Shown here: one piece after another, positions 30,801 to 44,923 of the stretch
Layout: each line of letters opens with the position of its first letter
How positions within the stretch are numbered: position 1 is the stretch's first letter
Position numbers and translations under genes: made by a program
Assembly: GCF_022539665.2 (NCBI RefSeq)
Contig: NC_081333.1
Location: 10,230,001-10,294,000, forward strand
Direction of reading: 5' to 3'
Length of the DNA stretch: 64,000 nt
DNA from: Daphnia carinata
Lineage: Eukaryota
The notes under the pieces: model-generated
What the model was told of the DNA's origin: nothing
The model's input: the letters and a program-made list of their open reading frames with translations, nothing else
Database searches by the model: none

Positions 30801-33429
30801 GTGTGTGCGCGGGACACAGCGAGCCCTGTACGGCTTGCTATATATAGCTTTCGGTATTGATTCGATAAGAATCATCATCTCATTTGAATATGCACGATAT
30901 CATATTTTGTCGATAGGTTTTCTGGCGGCGGAGAATATTTTGTTTTCGGGCGGCGCGCGCGTGTTTCAAAATAGAAATTTTTGCGGAGAAAAGAATAAAA
31001 TAAAATAAAATAAACCGGAGAGAAAATAAAAAAAAAAAAGAAAGAAAAAGAAATAAAAGTTTTCCCGTTTGGGGAGAGTATATATACATGTTATATTTTT
31101 AGGGGTCGGGGAAAATAACAACAACAACGACAACACACACGGGACACTGAAAAAAAAAAATAAATTCTCCTTTCCAATGCGGCAAAAATAAAATTTCAAA
31201 AAAAAAAGGAGGAACATATCCCCACTCTTTCAAAAAAAAAAAATAAATTAAAATAAATAAAACGTAAAGAAAAAAAAAAAGGGGGAATAGGGATGGAGTG
31301 ACCGGAAAAATACAGACACACGCGCAACGGCAGATTGGAGGGCTCTTTCCTGTTGGTCCACCCCCTCTATGTGGGCGAAAGAAGAGGGAGTCTGCAAATG
31401 TGCGGAGCAGGGTGTTGTTTGGGTTCGCTTTTAGTAGGTCTTTTATTTTTTTCGTTGTTTTATTTCTATTTTTTTTTTGTTTTTACTTAGTTAAGGAACG
31501 AAGGGGGGGGGGGGGGGAGGGAGCGTGGGGGCAAAGTCACAATTATAGAACGCGCGCGCCAGTTTTGCCTTCCTCCCCAAAAAGACATGTGTGTTTGTGT
31601 GGGTGGAGTGCGCCAGCAGGAGCGAGAGAAGGATCCGGGCGACGCGAGTGCGTCGCCAACGTCGGTTCTCTTTCGTCTCTTTTTATGTTCGTACATACTG
31701 GTACGGAGCGAGCCACTCACATACGCGATACTCTTTTGCCATGCAGCACCTTCGATGCTCGCTGCCTTGACTCCCGACATGTGCGCACAAACCGTCCCTT
31801 CAAGCTTTTCTTTTTTTTTTTTTTTCTTTTTACCCTTATAGCTCTCTTTGGCCATCCTTTTTGTGTGTGTCCTTCTTTTCGCTCTTTCGTGTTACGAAAG
31901 GTGGGGAGAGAAGGAGGGACGTTGGTGGAACAGAGAAACGGATATAGGGGACTATTCACCACGCGCAGCATACAGATGAGTCTGGGGTACATAAAGTAGC
32001 GATCGATTGACATCCGCCTCCTGGAAGCGGAAATGGCAAATATCAAAAGGTTGCTCCTCTTCATCTTTGTATTGCAATTTCTTTTTTCTCATCTTTTTTC
32101 ATCATATCTTAGGAACTTTAGAAAAAAAGAAGGAAAATCTACTTTGATGGTCTTTTACTATATTTGTTTTGTTTTGCTTTTTTATGGAGGAGAGGCACAT
32201 TGAGAGGGACGGGCGAATTTTGGTGGGCCATAAGGAGGGTGGTGGCGATGGAACGTGCGCGGGCGCAAACACCAACACCAACAAACGAAAATAGATTCAA
32301 ATAGAGTTGCTTTTCCCGTTTGTGTTAGATGCGTGTGCGGTGACTACATGTTATGCCGCGTGTGCCCTTATCGTCCGGCCTCTACGTTCTACGTTTGTGT
32401 GGAGGGGGCCAATGTCGACTGTCGAGAAAGAAGGAGGAGGGAGAGGTTAGGGTGTCGGTCGGCGTGATGGATGACTTTGCTTGGACGTCGAGGAATCCGA
32501 CTAGAAAAAGAGTCGATGGCACACCCTTCTCCCTCTCTTATACATGCCCCAATCCTCTCCTGCTCGATGTGTGTCTAGTTCACACGCAGCCAGACCCCTA
32601 AAACAGTCATACATATATAGATATACATAGCAGACACAAGCTAACGCAAGATAACCTTTAAGCACTTCTACTACTTGAAAGAAGAAAGACAGACAAGCAA
32701 AACAAAAAGTACGTTCAACATCTGAGGTATTTTTTTTTAGGCCTACTATATGTAGGGACACCAATTCCTTTCCTTTTTTTTTTGGGTGGGGGGGGGGGGG
32801 TCATACGGAGACACATATATGCATTTATGTATGGGACTTATAGAGTATACATCTCTTTTTTTACCCGCGGCCGTGAGGAGATTGCGAGTTATATACGACC
32901 AAGAGACACACACCCACACAAACAAAAAGGGCCAAATAGACACGATGGACATGATAGAAAACCTCTGCAAAACAGTATAGAAGATAGAACGAAACGATAG
33001 AAGCACCTAATAATAAAGAAAAATATGAAAGAAAAAATATATATCTATATTTAAAAAAAAAACACACACAAAAAAAAAGACTTCTATTTGATACAGAATA
33101 GAGGACCTGGGAGCGAAAGAAAATTCGATTTTTCTCCCTCGGCGACTTGGACGTCGACTAGCGTCGTCTCTCAGCTGGTCGTCGCATCACCACTATCGTC
33201 TACTGCTGCTTCTTCTCCTATCTTCTTTTATATAGCATTTTACTTGTATATATAAAGTCGGGATAATATAAGCGTGCGGATGGCGCAAAATAAAAAAAAA
33301 AAAAAGGAAAAAAAGGCCCGCGGTCGCTACAGCTCCTTGCTCAGAAGGAAAAAAAAAAAAAAAGAGAGAGAAAAATAAGAAAGAATTTATAGTTTCAGAG
33401 GCAGATAGACAGAGTGTACAGTGTACAGG

Positions 33430-33462
<33 letters not shown>

Positions 33463-33856
33463 GTATATCTATAAGAAGAAAAGATTGTGCAGCAGCCTTC
33501 TCTCAGGAGAGGGCCGCAAGAAAAGCCAACAAAAATAAACTAAAATAAAATATAAAGAGAAGGGATATATATTCACTATATATTTACTGGACACATATAT
33601 AGAAGAACGCGGGATATGGGCGAGTAAAGGGCAGAAAAGCTACGATCAATAGAGAAGATGGTCCGCTTCGTCGTCTTCTTCTTCTTCCCCAATCTTTTTC
33701 CTTTCTTGTAGTACATCGATTATATATATATACGTATTTTTTTTTTTATCATCGTCTCTTCTTATATTCTCCATTTTTCTCTCGTTCCCTTCGTATTCTT
33801 CGCCAATTCCTTTTTCCTCTCGCTTGCGCGTTCTCTTGATTTACTCCACCCGATCC

Positions 33857-33891
<35 letters not shown>

Positions 33892-35972
33892 GGCGACGAT
33901 GGCGATGGGTGGAGTGGAAAGCTTATTCAAATCGTAAGCAGTCAAAGGGCATCCGACTCGATGGGAATAAGAAAAAAAAAATTCATATAGAAGAAAAGCT
34001 GCGACGAGGAAAAAAAAAAGATGAACGCAGCATCAGCTTTGGGCAAGTTTTTGAGATTTTTGTTCCTTTTTTTTTTTTAATATTTTTTTTTCTTTGTGTA
34101 TTATAACAAATGTATAAGAAATAAAAAGAAGAAAAGCGAATGGGAGGGAGAAGCAAAAAAAGATCGATATAGAAGGAGCAAAAAAAAAAAAAAAAAAAGA
34201 GGAGGGAATAACAATAAAAAGAGGAACGTCTTTTGGAGAAAAGAAATAAGCAAACAAGAAATGGAAGAAATGAATCCTGATGGCCCCTTCCTTCTCATTC
34301 TTGCCCTAGAAAAGAAAGTAACCTCTAAATACGTATCGACTTACTTCCGGATAACCGGAAGTCAGCCCTTAGTAGCGAACATGACGTTTCCAATATTACA
34401 TTTGCCTCTACCCTTTTCCCTCTTCGCTTTGCTCTTCATTTCATCCATTCCATAGGTCACTGCGATGTGGCCCCAAAGTTCGCCGTAAAAAAACAAAAAC
34501 ATATGCAAATCTTCTCGTCCAAGTAAGGTGTACAGGTGATCTTTGCGACGTCCAGTTCCAGGTATCATGTATCGTTAAAGGGACGAACTTCGGGTACCTA
34601 CCGTGGGTGTTCCATGATACGACTGGCCTCAAAACGAAATCGTTGGTTTTGAGAAATGTCAACGCGGAATGTCGTCTAAGTTTTCGCAGACGTGCTTTGA
34701 AATCCTCGTCAAGGACGAGGGCTGTGAAAAGTGGTATATGATCTGAAGCTTAGCGAATGTTAAGAAAGAAGGTTTTGAAAAATGTAAGTGAAAGACAAGA
34801 AACATTAGCTTTTGATCCTGCTCACAACAAAGGAAGAAAAAGATGTGGTGCTGTTGGTAAAATGGCCGAGCTGTCCCCCCCCCCCCTATTATCAGCCTAT
34901 CAACCGGCCACTAAATATGCATGAAGAATGCGTCTGTCGAAGAAACGGATACTTGGCCTCGCATACGTATTCGAGCCGCAACAACAACTCAAATAAAAAG
35001 GAATGTAGAGGCGACAGTAAACTGTATACAAATTCTCTAACCCACAGCACAGGTGTGCCGCTTGCGTTGCTTCAGGCTAGATTTTCTGTTGGTTTCTCTC
35101 ATCTTCTCATTCGGACGGGATGCCCACCAGATTATCCTCAAACATCATCAAGCAAGAGTAGACAGCTCGGAGGCGATTCACCCATCTCAAAGAAGCCCGT
35201 CCATTCATCCGTCTCTTTTCGTTTTGCCAATGACGGGATGTATAAACGTAACCGTAAGCCGCTGCTGCGGTTGTTGGGGTTTTGTTCTTTCGCTTACGGA
35301 TGGCGAAAAAAAAAAAAGAGGAGGAAGTAGACCCGAGGACGTCGCACCCTCATCGTCACAACAATACTCCCTGCTCTTCTACCGTACATCCACGCACCTC
35401 ATCTTTTCTTTGCCTGCCGTGTCTAAACGGAGAGAGCCTCTTCTTTCTCGTTCTTTCTTTCGTTTTCGGTACGTGTCCATTTTTTTTTTTTTGTTATCAT
35501 TGCTTTCCGTCTTCTTCCTATTCTTTGTTTTCGCCTTGTAGAGTGGACGCGAGGAACGAGAACGAGCAGCGATTGGAAGAGAAAAGATGGCGATTTGGTT
35601 CCGCTCTCTTATTTCTCTGCCACAGCACAACAACCTTTCAAAAAATAAAAAATAATAAAAAAATAAAATAAAATACTTGCCACTTCACAGATCGATTCAC
35701 CGTGTGCAAAGCTGATGGTAGCGCTGTGTGGCTGCGTATCTACCTGGCCCTGTGAGCGCAGCTTTTTTTTTTCTCTCTTCCCATTCAATGCTAGAAGGGA
35801 GGCGCACATCTCTTTTATCTATTTTTCTTCTTTTGTTGTCGTGCTATTTGTTATTATCATCATTTTTTATTCTACGCAAAAACCCGACCTGTTACTCGTC
35901 GTCTTGATACCCAGTTCTTGCCCCTCTCTCTTTTTTCATGATATCATTTCAGAAAAATATGTATTTTTATAG

Positions 35973-36008
<36 letters not shown>

Positions 36009-36075
36009 GAAGAAGAAGAACTTGAGTCAACGACCGATCTAGCGGCAGCAAACGCGCTCGCGATTTCCAAATCGT

Positions 36076-36112
<37 letters not shown>

Positions 36113-36320
36113 CTATTTCATTCTTTTCTCTTTTTCTTTCTTTCTCTCTCTTTTGTCCCTACTGGAAATGTTTACATTAGAGCAGCGGCCAACGCGAAAG
36201 AAAAGGAACAAGAGCGTCACGTCACCGCCGTCGTCGTCTTGCAAGTCGTGGAGAAAGTTCTTTTATCATACCTTTAAATTTTTCTTTATTGCGCGAATTC
36301 CCAGGTGCGGTTCCCCTCGT

Positions 36321-36357
<37 letters not shown>

Positions 36358-38730
36358 GACTTGTCCTGAATTGATTTTGTTTTTTGTTTTTTTTTCCGGA
36401 TCATTTTGTTATTTTTCGCTTGTGTTGTTGTTCTTTGGTGTTCTCTTATCTCCTTCGTAACAATTCGTCTGTGCTGATAATACACGACAGCAGCAAGAAT
36501 CGGCATTGGTTCGGTCGCATTCTTTCATTGCTATATACTCTATCTAGTTCACTTGATTACTGAACATTTTCTCTCTGTCTTTCTCCGGCGCGGGCAACGG
36601 ACGCCCGCGCGCTCACCACGTCCCCATTTTTAGCTTTTCCATTGCGCCTCCTTTTGTTTTTGTTTTGATTCTTATTCTTCATCCTTCTCTTTATATTCGT
36701 CCTTTTCAAAGCAGTGACATCATTCAGCACCATGAGCAAAAATAAAAATACATATAAAAAAAAAACATGCCAACGTCAAAGCGTAAATCGAAAATAGAAA
36801 TGAGAATAAAAACGAATGAAGAAAAACAAAATGATCTTTCTTTGTAGGTATTTATTTATTTTGAGTACGGGCGGGTTTTTAGCAAACTGGCGTCTTGCAG
36901 TCCGTCTATAATCAACGTAAGAAGGCGACGATGACGTTGAATAAGGTCAGAAACGAAACGAACGACATAATAAACAAATAGAAACAAAAAAGGATCGAGC
37001 AAATGGCTACCGCTGCTGTTCCTTGTTTTTCCCTTCTTATATCCTTTCTGAAAAAAAAAAAAATCCTACTTTGTTTCGTTGGCTTTTTTTTTTTTCAACC
37101 TACACGAGTGAACTGTCTTTTGCCTTCTTAGATTTCACTGAGAAAACGGAGGGAAAAAAAAGGACTTCGTGTGCGTGCGTAAAAGCACGAGAAATTTGGA
37201 AGAAAATAACGCACACAGAACACGAAACTAATTAGTCTTTTATTACGAAACTTACATTGTGTGTATTTTTTTTTTCTTTCTTTCACCGCCCATCAAGTCA
37301 AGTAGTCGGCCGGTCAGTTGGTTGTCTGATAGAGTTATCTTCATGGAACATCGTTATGGCGACGGCATTTCCGACATGGAAGACAGGAAAGAAAAATGGC
37401 CGTGCCGGAAGAGATATCGATAGATAAAAACTTAGCGGGCCAATAAAGACGTAAAAGGAAAATAAAATAAGAGAAAAAAAAAGAGGATGACAAAGTTGTT
37501 CTTTTTTTTTCCCGTTCTTTTCTTTTCTTTTTTAAGGACAAAGACAGACGACGTACAGGTAGAAAATAAAAAATGAAATTAGACATAAAGGGGAACAGCG
37601 ATATACTTGTAAAAGCGGAGGGACGGAAACGACCCAATTGTCCTATAACCGCGACGTTGCATGTTCCGTCACAGTATCACCTAGCTACGCTGAGGAAGCG
37701 CCTCATAATCAAAAAGAAGAAAAAAAAACACATAACATAATGTTGGATAGGGGAAAGACAACATGATCTCGTCGTAAAATAGCGAAAGAGAGAAAATGAG
37801 AATGGAAATTTTGGGCGAGGGGGACGGCCCGAGTTGCTGGATAACTTTATTTCGCGAAATAAGCCACACGTTATAGTGAGCCATCACGTGAGGTGTGCGT
37901 TATTTCCAACTGTTTCAATCATAACCGATTTATAATACGAAAGGAGAACATCAATTTTGGCAATGTCACCAATGCCATCACCTGTTCGAGTTTTTGGCTC
38001 ATAAATTTGTGTTGTACGAAGACCTTTGTGGTGGGAAAAAGCGGGCAGAAGAATCAAGTGTTGCAGGTTGGCGGGACAATATGTAGAGAGGAAAGGAGTC
38101 CCGCTGATTGGTCGGACACACGTGCGCGCACACGAGGACAAACACACTCACACACACACACACACATACACACGGGTAGGAACTCTATAGCAACGGGGCG
38201 AGAGCGACAGCCGTGCTGGATCAACGGATCGGAATTTGCCGCCCGAACATTGAACTGGCCGTTCACTCGCACAGGTGAGCAGCCAAGTGCGAAACGGGCT
38301 ACCTAACCTAAACATTGGACACCTTTTTTTTTCATTCTTTAATGTGGCCCTTTTTCTTTTTCTCCGTTTTCTTCTTTTTCGCGGATTCGACCGACCAAAA
38401 ACCTCAAGTCCCTTCGATGTTTTGCCGCTCGAGTAATGAATCGACTCGAGTATTGGCCGTCATCTTTCAGCTTTCCTTTGTGTATTTTTCTGATATTGTT
38501 GTTGTTGTTCCTTCGTCGCTTCACCTTCGCATTCGGCCGCGTTGTGCGGGTCCGAACCGGAACAAATGAGAGCGGCATAAGAGTATTTTTTTTTTCCTTT
38601 TTAACTTCCCTGTTATTCACTATTTGTCCATTTTCCATCAAATCACTCTCCACTGAGCTCTAACTCAAGACGAGAAATCCTTTTTGACGAAAAGGTCATA
38701 CACTACAAGAAAGATTGCGGCAGAGAAAGA

Positions 38731-38778
<48 letters not shown>

Positions 38779-39742
38779 AACGAACTGTGTATTATATAGG
38801 TGTGTGTGTGTCTGTTTGCGATCACACAGGACACAGAAGCAAATGCGGGCTGGGGCAACGTATAAAAAAAAGAGAGGCCCGCGAAAAAAAAAAAATAAAT
38901 AAGAAAGAAAGTTATATTATATATGATTATGCCTGTTGTGCGGTAATACTGTCATTCATTCGAAAATGGCCAACAACTCATAGCTCCGTTGAATTTTCAT
39001 TCCGTTGTTTTTCTGTGGTTTTTTCTTTCTTTTTGTCTTATTGCTTATTCTTCTTGTTTTATTACCTTTCATTTCGGGAATTGGCGTTCGACGTTTGGGC
39101 TTTTCAAGCTCCCGTTTGCAGCGGAGTCCTTCAGGGAAGCTGCTCTGCTCTGCCAGGTTGCTGCCGCGTATAACCGTGTATGTAACGGTTCTTTTCTTTT
39201 TTTTTTTCTTATTTGCCTCGGTGCTGGTTAACAGTATCTTGATCTCTTTGGTCGTTCGTCTCCTCGTTGCGCAGTTGCATTCAAACAGACATGATGCAGT
39301 GTATAAATAGAAAAGAGCACAAGCGGCAAGGGCGGCTGGTTGTAGGGCTGACGAGGGCGCTCGATGGCGGTGGCAAACTAAACCAAAAAGAAAGGAGACG
39401 AAAGAGAGAAAAAGAGAGGATACATGTAAGAGAAGGGCGGGGACGACGAGAGAGAACATCCGGGGGCTCGTTTTTGTGCTAGCTACAGACAATCACCATG
39501 ATTACACATCGTCTCCAAACTCTGAGCCATCAAACCAGTTGGCTGGCGGATAGATCTGAACTCCATCTAGCGCGTTCACCGGCACGGATGAAATTGAGTT
39601 TAAAAGTGAAGGAAGATTCTTTTAACTACTTCCTGGCTTGCACACACACTGCGTATACGTATTAACACAAAGATGAGGATGATCCTATTACCTCAAAAAC
39701 AACCTGATGAAACACGCTGTTCTGATCTTTGCCTTCAACTTT

Positions 39743-41240
39743 AGCACGCCAGTACGCTACAGCACTAGCGTGACACATAGAACTTCTTTACCAAACCATA
39801 AGCTCTACGTAAAAACAAAATTCCCTGTCACGTTCCTTGATAAATTTTGCATCTAAATCATATATAGTTATCTAGATTTAATGATATAATATTTAAACAG
39901 GAAAACTCGGGCTTATTTTGTCGGGCTTTATTTTTGTCGGGCTTAACATTTCTATCGCACCTACTCTTATATTTTAAATTACTCAAAAACCATCAACTCT
40001 ACGTAAAAACAAAGTTCATTTTCGTGTTCCTGTTAAATTTGAATCTTAGTCATATATAGTTCTCTGGATTTAATGATATTATTTTTAAAATGGGAAAATA
40101 TATAGAAAATTTATGCCCGACAAAAAATAAGCCCGACTTTTTTGTTTTTTCAGTTTAATTCAAAAACTATTAAGCCAATTGAAAGATAAACTTCATTTTC
40201 ATAATGAGCATTCAATTTTACATCGAAATCATATATTAAAATCGAAATTTGAAATTTGGCCAAAATGAATAAGTGAGAAGGCTATAGCCTTCTCACTTTT
40301 GTCAAAATCGGCAAAAAACGAAATCCCTTGGAATTCGTTAAAAATCACATGGGATAGCCAAAATTGAACGCTGAGTTCGATTATGTAAGTGTTTTTCACC
40401 TTAAACCAGCCATTTTCAAAATAAACTAAAAAAATGTACTGTTTTGGCAAGTTTGCAATACCCTGAATCGAAGACTTATAGCGCGCCAGTATGCTACAGC
40501 GTTAACGTATATCAAAGTTCTTTACCAAACCATAACCTCTACGTAAAAACAAAGCTCATTTTAGTGTTTCTTGTTAAATTTTGAATTTTAGTCATGTATA
40601 GTTATTAAGATTTTATGATATAATTTTTTATAGGAAGGAATTTTTAAGCCCGACTTTTTAAGCCCGACTTTTTCGTTTTTTAATTTTATTTCAAAGACTA
40701 TACAGCCAATTGAAAAGCAAACTTCATTTTCATAATAAGCATTCAATTTTACATCGAAATCATATATTGAAAACGAAATTTGAAATTTGGCCAAAAATGA
40801 AAAAGTGGGAAGGCTATACCCTTCTCACTTTTGTCAAAATTGGCAAAAAACGAAATCCCTTGGAATTCGATAAAAATCACATGGGATACCCAAAATTGAG
40901 CGCTGAGTGCGATTATGTAAGTGTTTTTCCCCTTAAACCAGCCGTTTTCAAAATAAACTAAAAAAAAATGTACTGTTTTGGCTTGTTGCAATACACTGAA
41001 CTGAAGAACTTACAGCGCGCCAGTACGCTACAGCGCTAGCGTATATCAAAGTTCTTTGCTAAATCATAAACTCGACGTAAAAACAAAGTTCATTTTCGTG
41101 TTCCTTGACAAATTTTGAATCTTATTCATATATGGTTATTTTGATATAATGATACTAATTTTTATAGGAAAATAATTTTAAGCCCGACAAAATAAGCCCG
41201 ACAAAATAAGCTCGACAAGATAAGACCGATTTTTTTGTTT
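39743..41240 (+). repeat. Tandem array of a ~535-bp AT-rich unit (about 2.3 full units plus a partial leading unit); probably a transposon-derived interspersed family
   Basis: The anchor CTCTACGTAAAAACAAA (or a close variant) recurs at ~39803, ~39997, ~40537 and ~41071. GCGCGCCAGTAYGCTACAGC-like recurs at ~39743, ~40481 and ~41015. Each unit has clustered AAGCCCGAC motifs, and the full units have a central palindrome. Confidence 0.9.
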
Positions 41241-42250
41241 TTCGGTTTCATTCATAAACTAAAAGGCCCCCCTTTTGGTCTCGTGCCGTTCGCTCTTACG
41301 ATTTTACATAGTAAGATACCGGTACCCACCTCTCGCTCGTGTACCGGAAGGAAAAGACGTAGGAGACGTTGAGCAAAAGCAATTCAAGGGCGAAATCTGC
41401 GCGCTATTTCGCCGTGTGCAAACACAATCAATTAGAAAATATGGCGGTCGTGACTGTGGGCCCCATCTGTCTACCGTTCGCCGTGCGTGGTTGTCACCGA
41501 TAGAAGAAGTCGCTCTTGCATATTTACGGCCAAAGTACACTTACGTTTGATCACGTTTGGCCGTGATTCATCCAACGGAAATGGTTGGTATAGCCTCAAG
41601 GCGTTGCCTTCCTTTCATCGAGTGACTACCGAATTTGAGAATTCGAGACCGTGCCGCTTGGCTGGTTATTCATGTAGAGAGAGCCAGCAATGGTTTGATT
41701 TAAGCTTTTCCCCCTACTCCCGACTTGGAGGATTGATTAAGTCGCAATGCAGTCATCTTTGCTTATTGTTATTCTGAACGTGCATTATCCTTATGCTACA
41801 GCTGCTCCCCATACATAGCTCTTCCTTCTTTGTCTCTTTTTCTCTCTTTTTTGCTGTCGTTCTCTTAATTCAGCTCAAAGTCACCTTTGCCTGTCTTCGA
41901 TCTACTTTTTTTTTCAAAGCATACGATACCAAGAGATACATAGATCTGATGAAAAGAAGGAGAGCTCAAAGATATAAAGAGGGAAAAGTTGGCCGTCTTG
42001 CTTTTAGCGCTCTCATTGATTACCAGGCTGCACGCTCACCGACATGATTGACCTCATCGACCATTTTGCCCTTTCTCTCTTCTGCTACTCTTTATTCTCT
42101 ATACGATTCCTCGTTCTAGCCCGAAAACACCCCAATCGTCACCATGGAAGCAACGCCGTTCGCGTTTCCGTGCGGCAGCGAGTTTTTGTTTCGTTTCGTT
42201 GTTGTGATACAAATGACGGAATGGCCTAGTTGGGTCTTCTCTCCCGCCTG

Positions 42251-42283
<33 letters not shown>

Positions 42284-43402
42284 TTTCCTGTTTGTTTCTG
42301 CCTTTGGTGCTCTCCTTTTATTCGTCTTTTACCCTATCGTGCCTGAAATGGTGACGTTGTTTACCCGTGCGCTATCTTCTAATTGGGCCGAACGAGAACC
42401 AGTGCAGCCAAAGTTATAAGCGCACGACAAAGAAGGAAACGGGGTTCCCCCCTTCATTTGCTAAATGGAGTCCGCGACGCCGCTTCTAACCGAAACTCTG
42501 CAGAACCAACTAAAGCACCGCGCTGAATTGCGTCTCATTGCCTCTTTCGCTAGTTTGGTCCGCCCGACTTGCGTGTTCTACCATCACGGTGAAATTATTC
42601 ATTAAATGAAACATTGTTACAGTTGGGACTTTTTGTGTTATGAGTTTTATCTGTAAACTGAGTTTTAAATAAATCATAAAAATAAGCTAAGTTTTAAAAT
42701 AATAATAATAATTTTTTAAAAGGCCTAGATAACCGACAAGGTCAATACTTTTTTTTCTTTTTAAGGTGTGCGTGCTCCATTAGTAAGGCGGGTATTGATC
42801 AGCCGCCAACTGTGACACAACATTGAAACTCACGCCGTTCTGTAGCGGTGGTAGCTTGCTTTCGAGTCCGTGTTTGGAAGATGGTCACGGGCAAAAATGC
42901 TGTCTCGGCCGTACGTCAACTGATGGCGCTGTTGCGCTTGGCGTAGCGCAACCTTAACTTTTGGTCGATCTCGAGTCTGCTGCTGTTGATTGATCCAGAA
43001 GGAAAAATCAAAGCAATTTTTGGGAGGCCGGCAGTTGCACAGGAAGAAAAATTTTAAAAACCGGTGGATACTGGTTAAGGAAACGGGCAATAGAAAAAGG
43101 TACGAATAGACGGCCTAAGAGTGTATGCAAAGAAACGGAAAAAAACAGGAAAAAAAAAAACAATTAAAAACCCAGTATAACATGGCGTGGATCGGCATGT
43201 CTATGGCGTATGGGCGGACCCCGTGGTCACAGGAGGCAACAAATGCACTGTTGACTTGTATCTTCTTGGTTGTTTTCAACCCACAGCAACCCACGAACAT
43301 CTAGCTGAAAACGTACCTCACCATGAAACACAACGCGGAACGAAAAAACGTTGACTTGTTCACTCATTAGACCGACGGAAAGAAAAAAAGGTGCACTTCT
43401 TG

Positions 43403-44923
43403 TTAATTATCGGTTGGATCTTTTTTTTCAGTCACCACAGGTAAGCCACCATTGGAAAGCTGCGCATCGCCACCCATAAAAAGGGTTGGTATGTTGGCTC
43501 CGAAAAAGAGCTTCGTATTGGCCGTTATCGATTCATAACGCTTTAGTTCAAGATACTCTGGTGTCAGGAGTAATTTATTGGCCCTTGCCTGGTGTTCCAG
43601 CGAATAGTAGTCTGCATCTGCGCGGCTCTTCTGCCGATTCGTTACTATTTGATCTGAGAGAGAATAAAACGTTTGAGTATTCATTAAGCTGTTAAAACGC
43701 GTAAAAAGGAATACCTTCGATGATAGACATGGTCTTGATTGATTCTTTCTCCATGACTTTTTGTTCGAAATTAATTTTGGCCACTTGAGCTTCTTTCTCG
43801 GCTTCAATCACAGCCTTCTTTCTCTCTGTTTCAGCGTCTTTCTCAACAACTTTCTGGTACTCTCGTGCTATTAATAGTTTCGTTTTTTCCGCTTCTCTAA
43901 AGAAATAAAAAGTGTAAATAAGATGCAGGTCGAATAACCTTTGAATAAAAAACGTAATAAACAAAACTGAAAAATTCTTGTTTCATTACACAAGTTCGTA
44001 GTTCTTTCGAATAGCTTCAGGAATTTTGGGTTTAGTCACTCGAACGCCATGAATATGCAAACCCGGAGCGAGGTCATTTAAATCTGCTTGTAAGGCTTTC
44101 TTTAAATTTTCGTCGATTTGATCAAACAGATCAATGTAAACCTAAACGGATATTTTTTAAATAGTAAACTTTCCAAACACGACATGTTGATATAGTTTTA
44201 CCTCTTGCAGAGTATGGACAGAACAAAATTGATTAAGTTCATGATGAATTTTGTTGTAGACTAAAGTTCTATCATAGTCAGCTGTGTAGTTTTTGACAAT
44301 ATCATACACTATGAATAATAAAAACGAAAATAATTAATTGAAGTTGCTTTATTCCCCTCTTCTCATAAAGCTACGAACCACTTGAAGGGCTCAATATATT
44401 GACGACTTCAATTCTGTCAAAGTAAAGCATAACCTGTAATGGGAAAAGATATTTGTTTTAGATCTTTCTTTAACACAGATTTGCGTGAGACATTATTTGA
44501 ACAACATCAAGATTAAATGAATAGATAAAGGAAGCAATGAAGTTAGTCATATTGTCTCACCCCTCCTGATGTTCCACATGGTACATTTTTTACTTCATCA
44601 GATTGAAGTGTAACCTATGAAAAAAATATATTTCAACAATCAAAGATCTAAGACGTAAATCACACATCCAATCAACCTGGACTGAACGATGGGTGGTGAG
44701 GAAGGGGAACATCATGTGGTATCCTGGATTGCTTGTTTCTTTCAATAATGCACCTCCCTAAATGAAATGTAATAACTCGCTGTCGGTTTCTCGTTTTTAA
44801 GATAAACTTTTTCACCCTGTAATAAACACCAACGTAGCCCTCGTCGATCTTATGCAAAGAGAAGTTGAATAAAACGGCTAACGTTCCTATCAAAACTGCA
44901 AAGGATCCTACAGAAGGAGGCAT
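43403..44923 (-). CDS. ERLIN: Erlin-1/2-like ER lipid raft SPFH (band 7) protein, 8 exons, 329 aa
   Basis: Exons 44923-44816, 44757-44677, 44614-44561, 44433-44379, 44308-44202, 44141-43990, 43896-43715 and 43653-43403. All introns are GT-AG and the exons total 990 nt in frame. Erlin motifs: [113 protein letters not shown]. Confidence 0.96.

Larger units (their letters stand above)
1..39500. other. Long non-coding tract rich in homopolymers and microsatellites (large intron or regulatory gene desert)
   Basis: Dense poly-A/poly-T runs plus (GA)n, (CA)n and (TA)n tracts throughout. The six-frame ORFs are short and dominated by poly-K, poly-F, ER or SL low-complexity translations. I recognised no protein domain. 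Confidence 0.75.

Noticed and set aside
19596..38955. Partial matches to miR-8 (TAATACTGTCA at ~19597 and ~38944)
   Set aside because: Only 11 nt match, the rest of the mature sequence differs, and no precursor hairpin is evident.
56..39492. Hundreds of 60-230 aa six-frame ORFs
   Set aside because: They mostly arise from stop-free homopolymers and microsatellites (poly-K/F, ER, SL, HT, CV), show no domain-like content, and many use non-ATG starts.
39743..41240. CRISPR-like or coding interpretation of the repeat array and its duplicated ORFs (40229-40450, 40749-40991)
   Set aside because: The units are ~535 bp with no unique spacers, the context is eukaryotic, and the ORFs are short by-products of the repeat.
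41275..41777. Possible coding or transposon fragment after the repeat array
   Set aside because: Short ORFs without recognisable motifs; I cannot support a call without a search.
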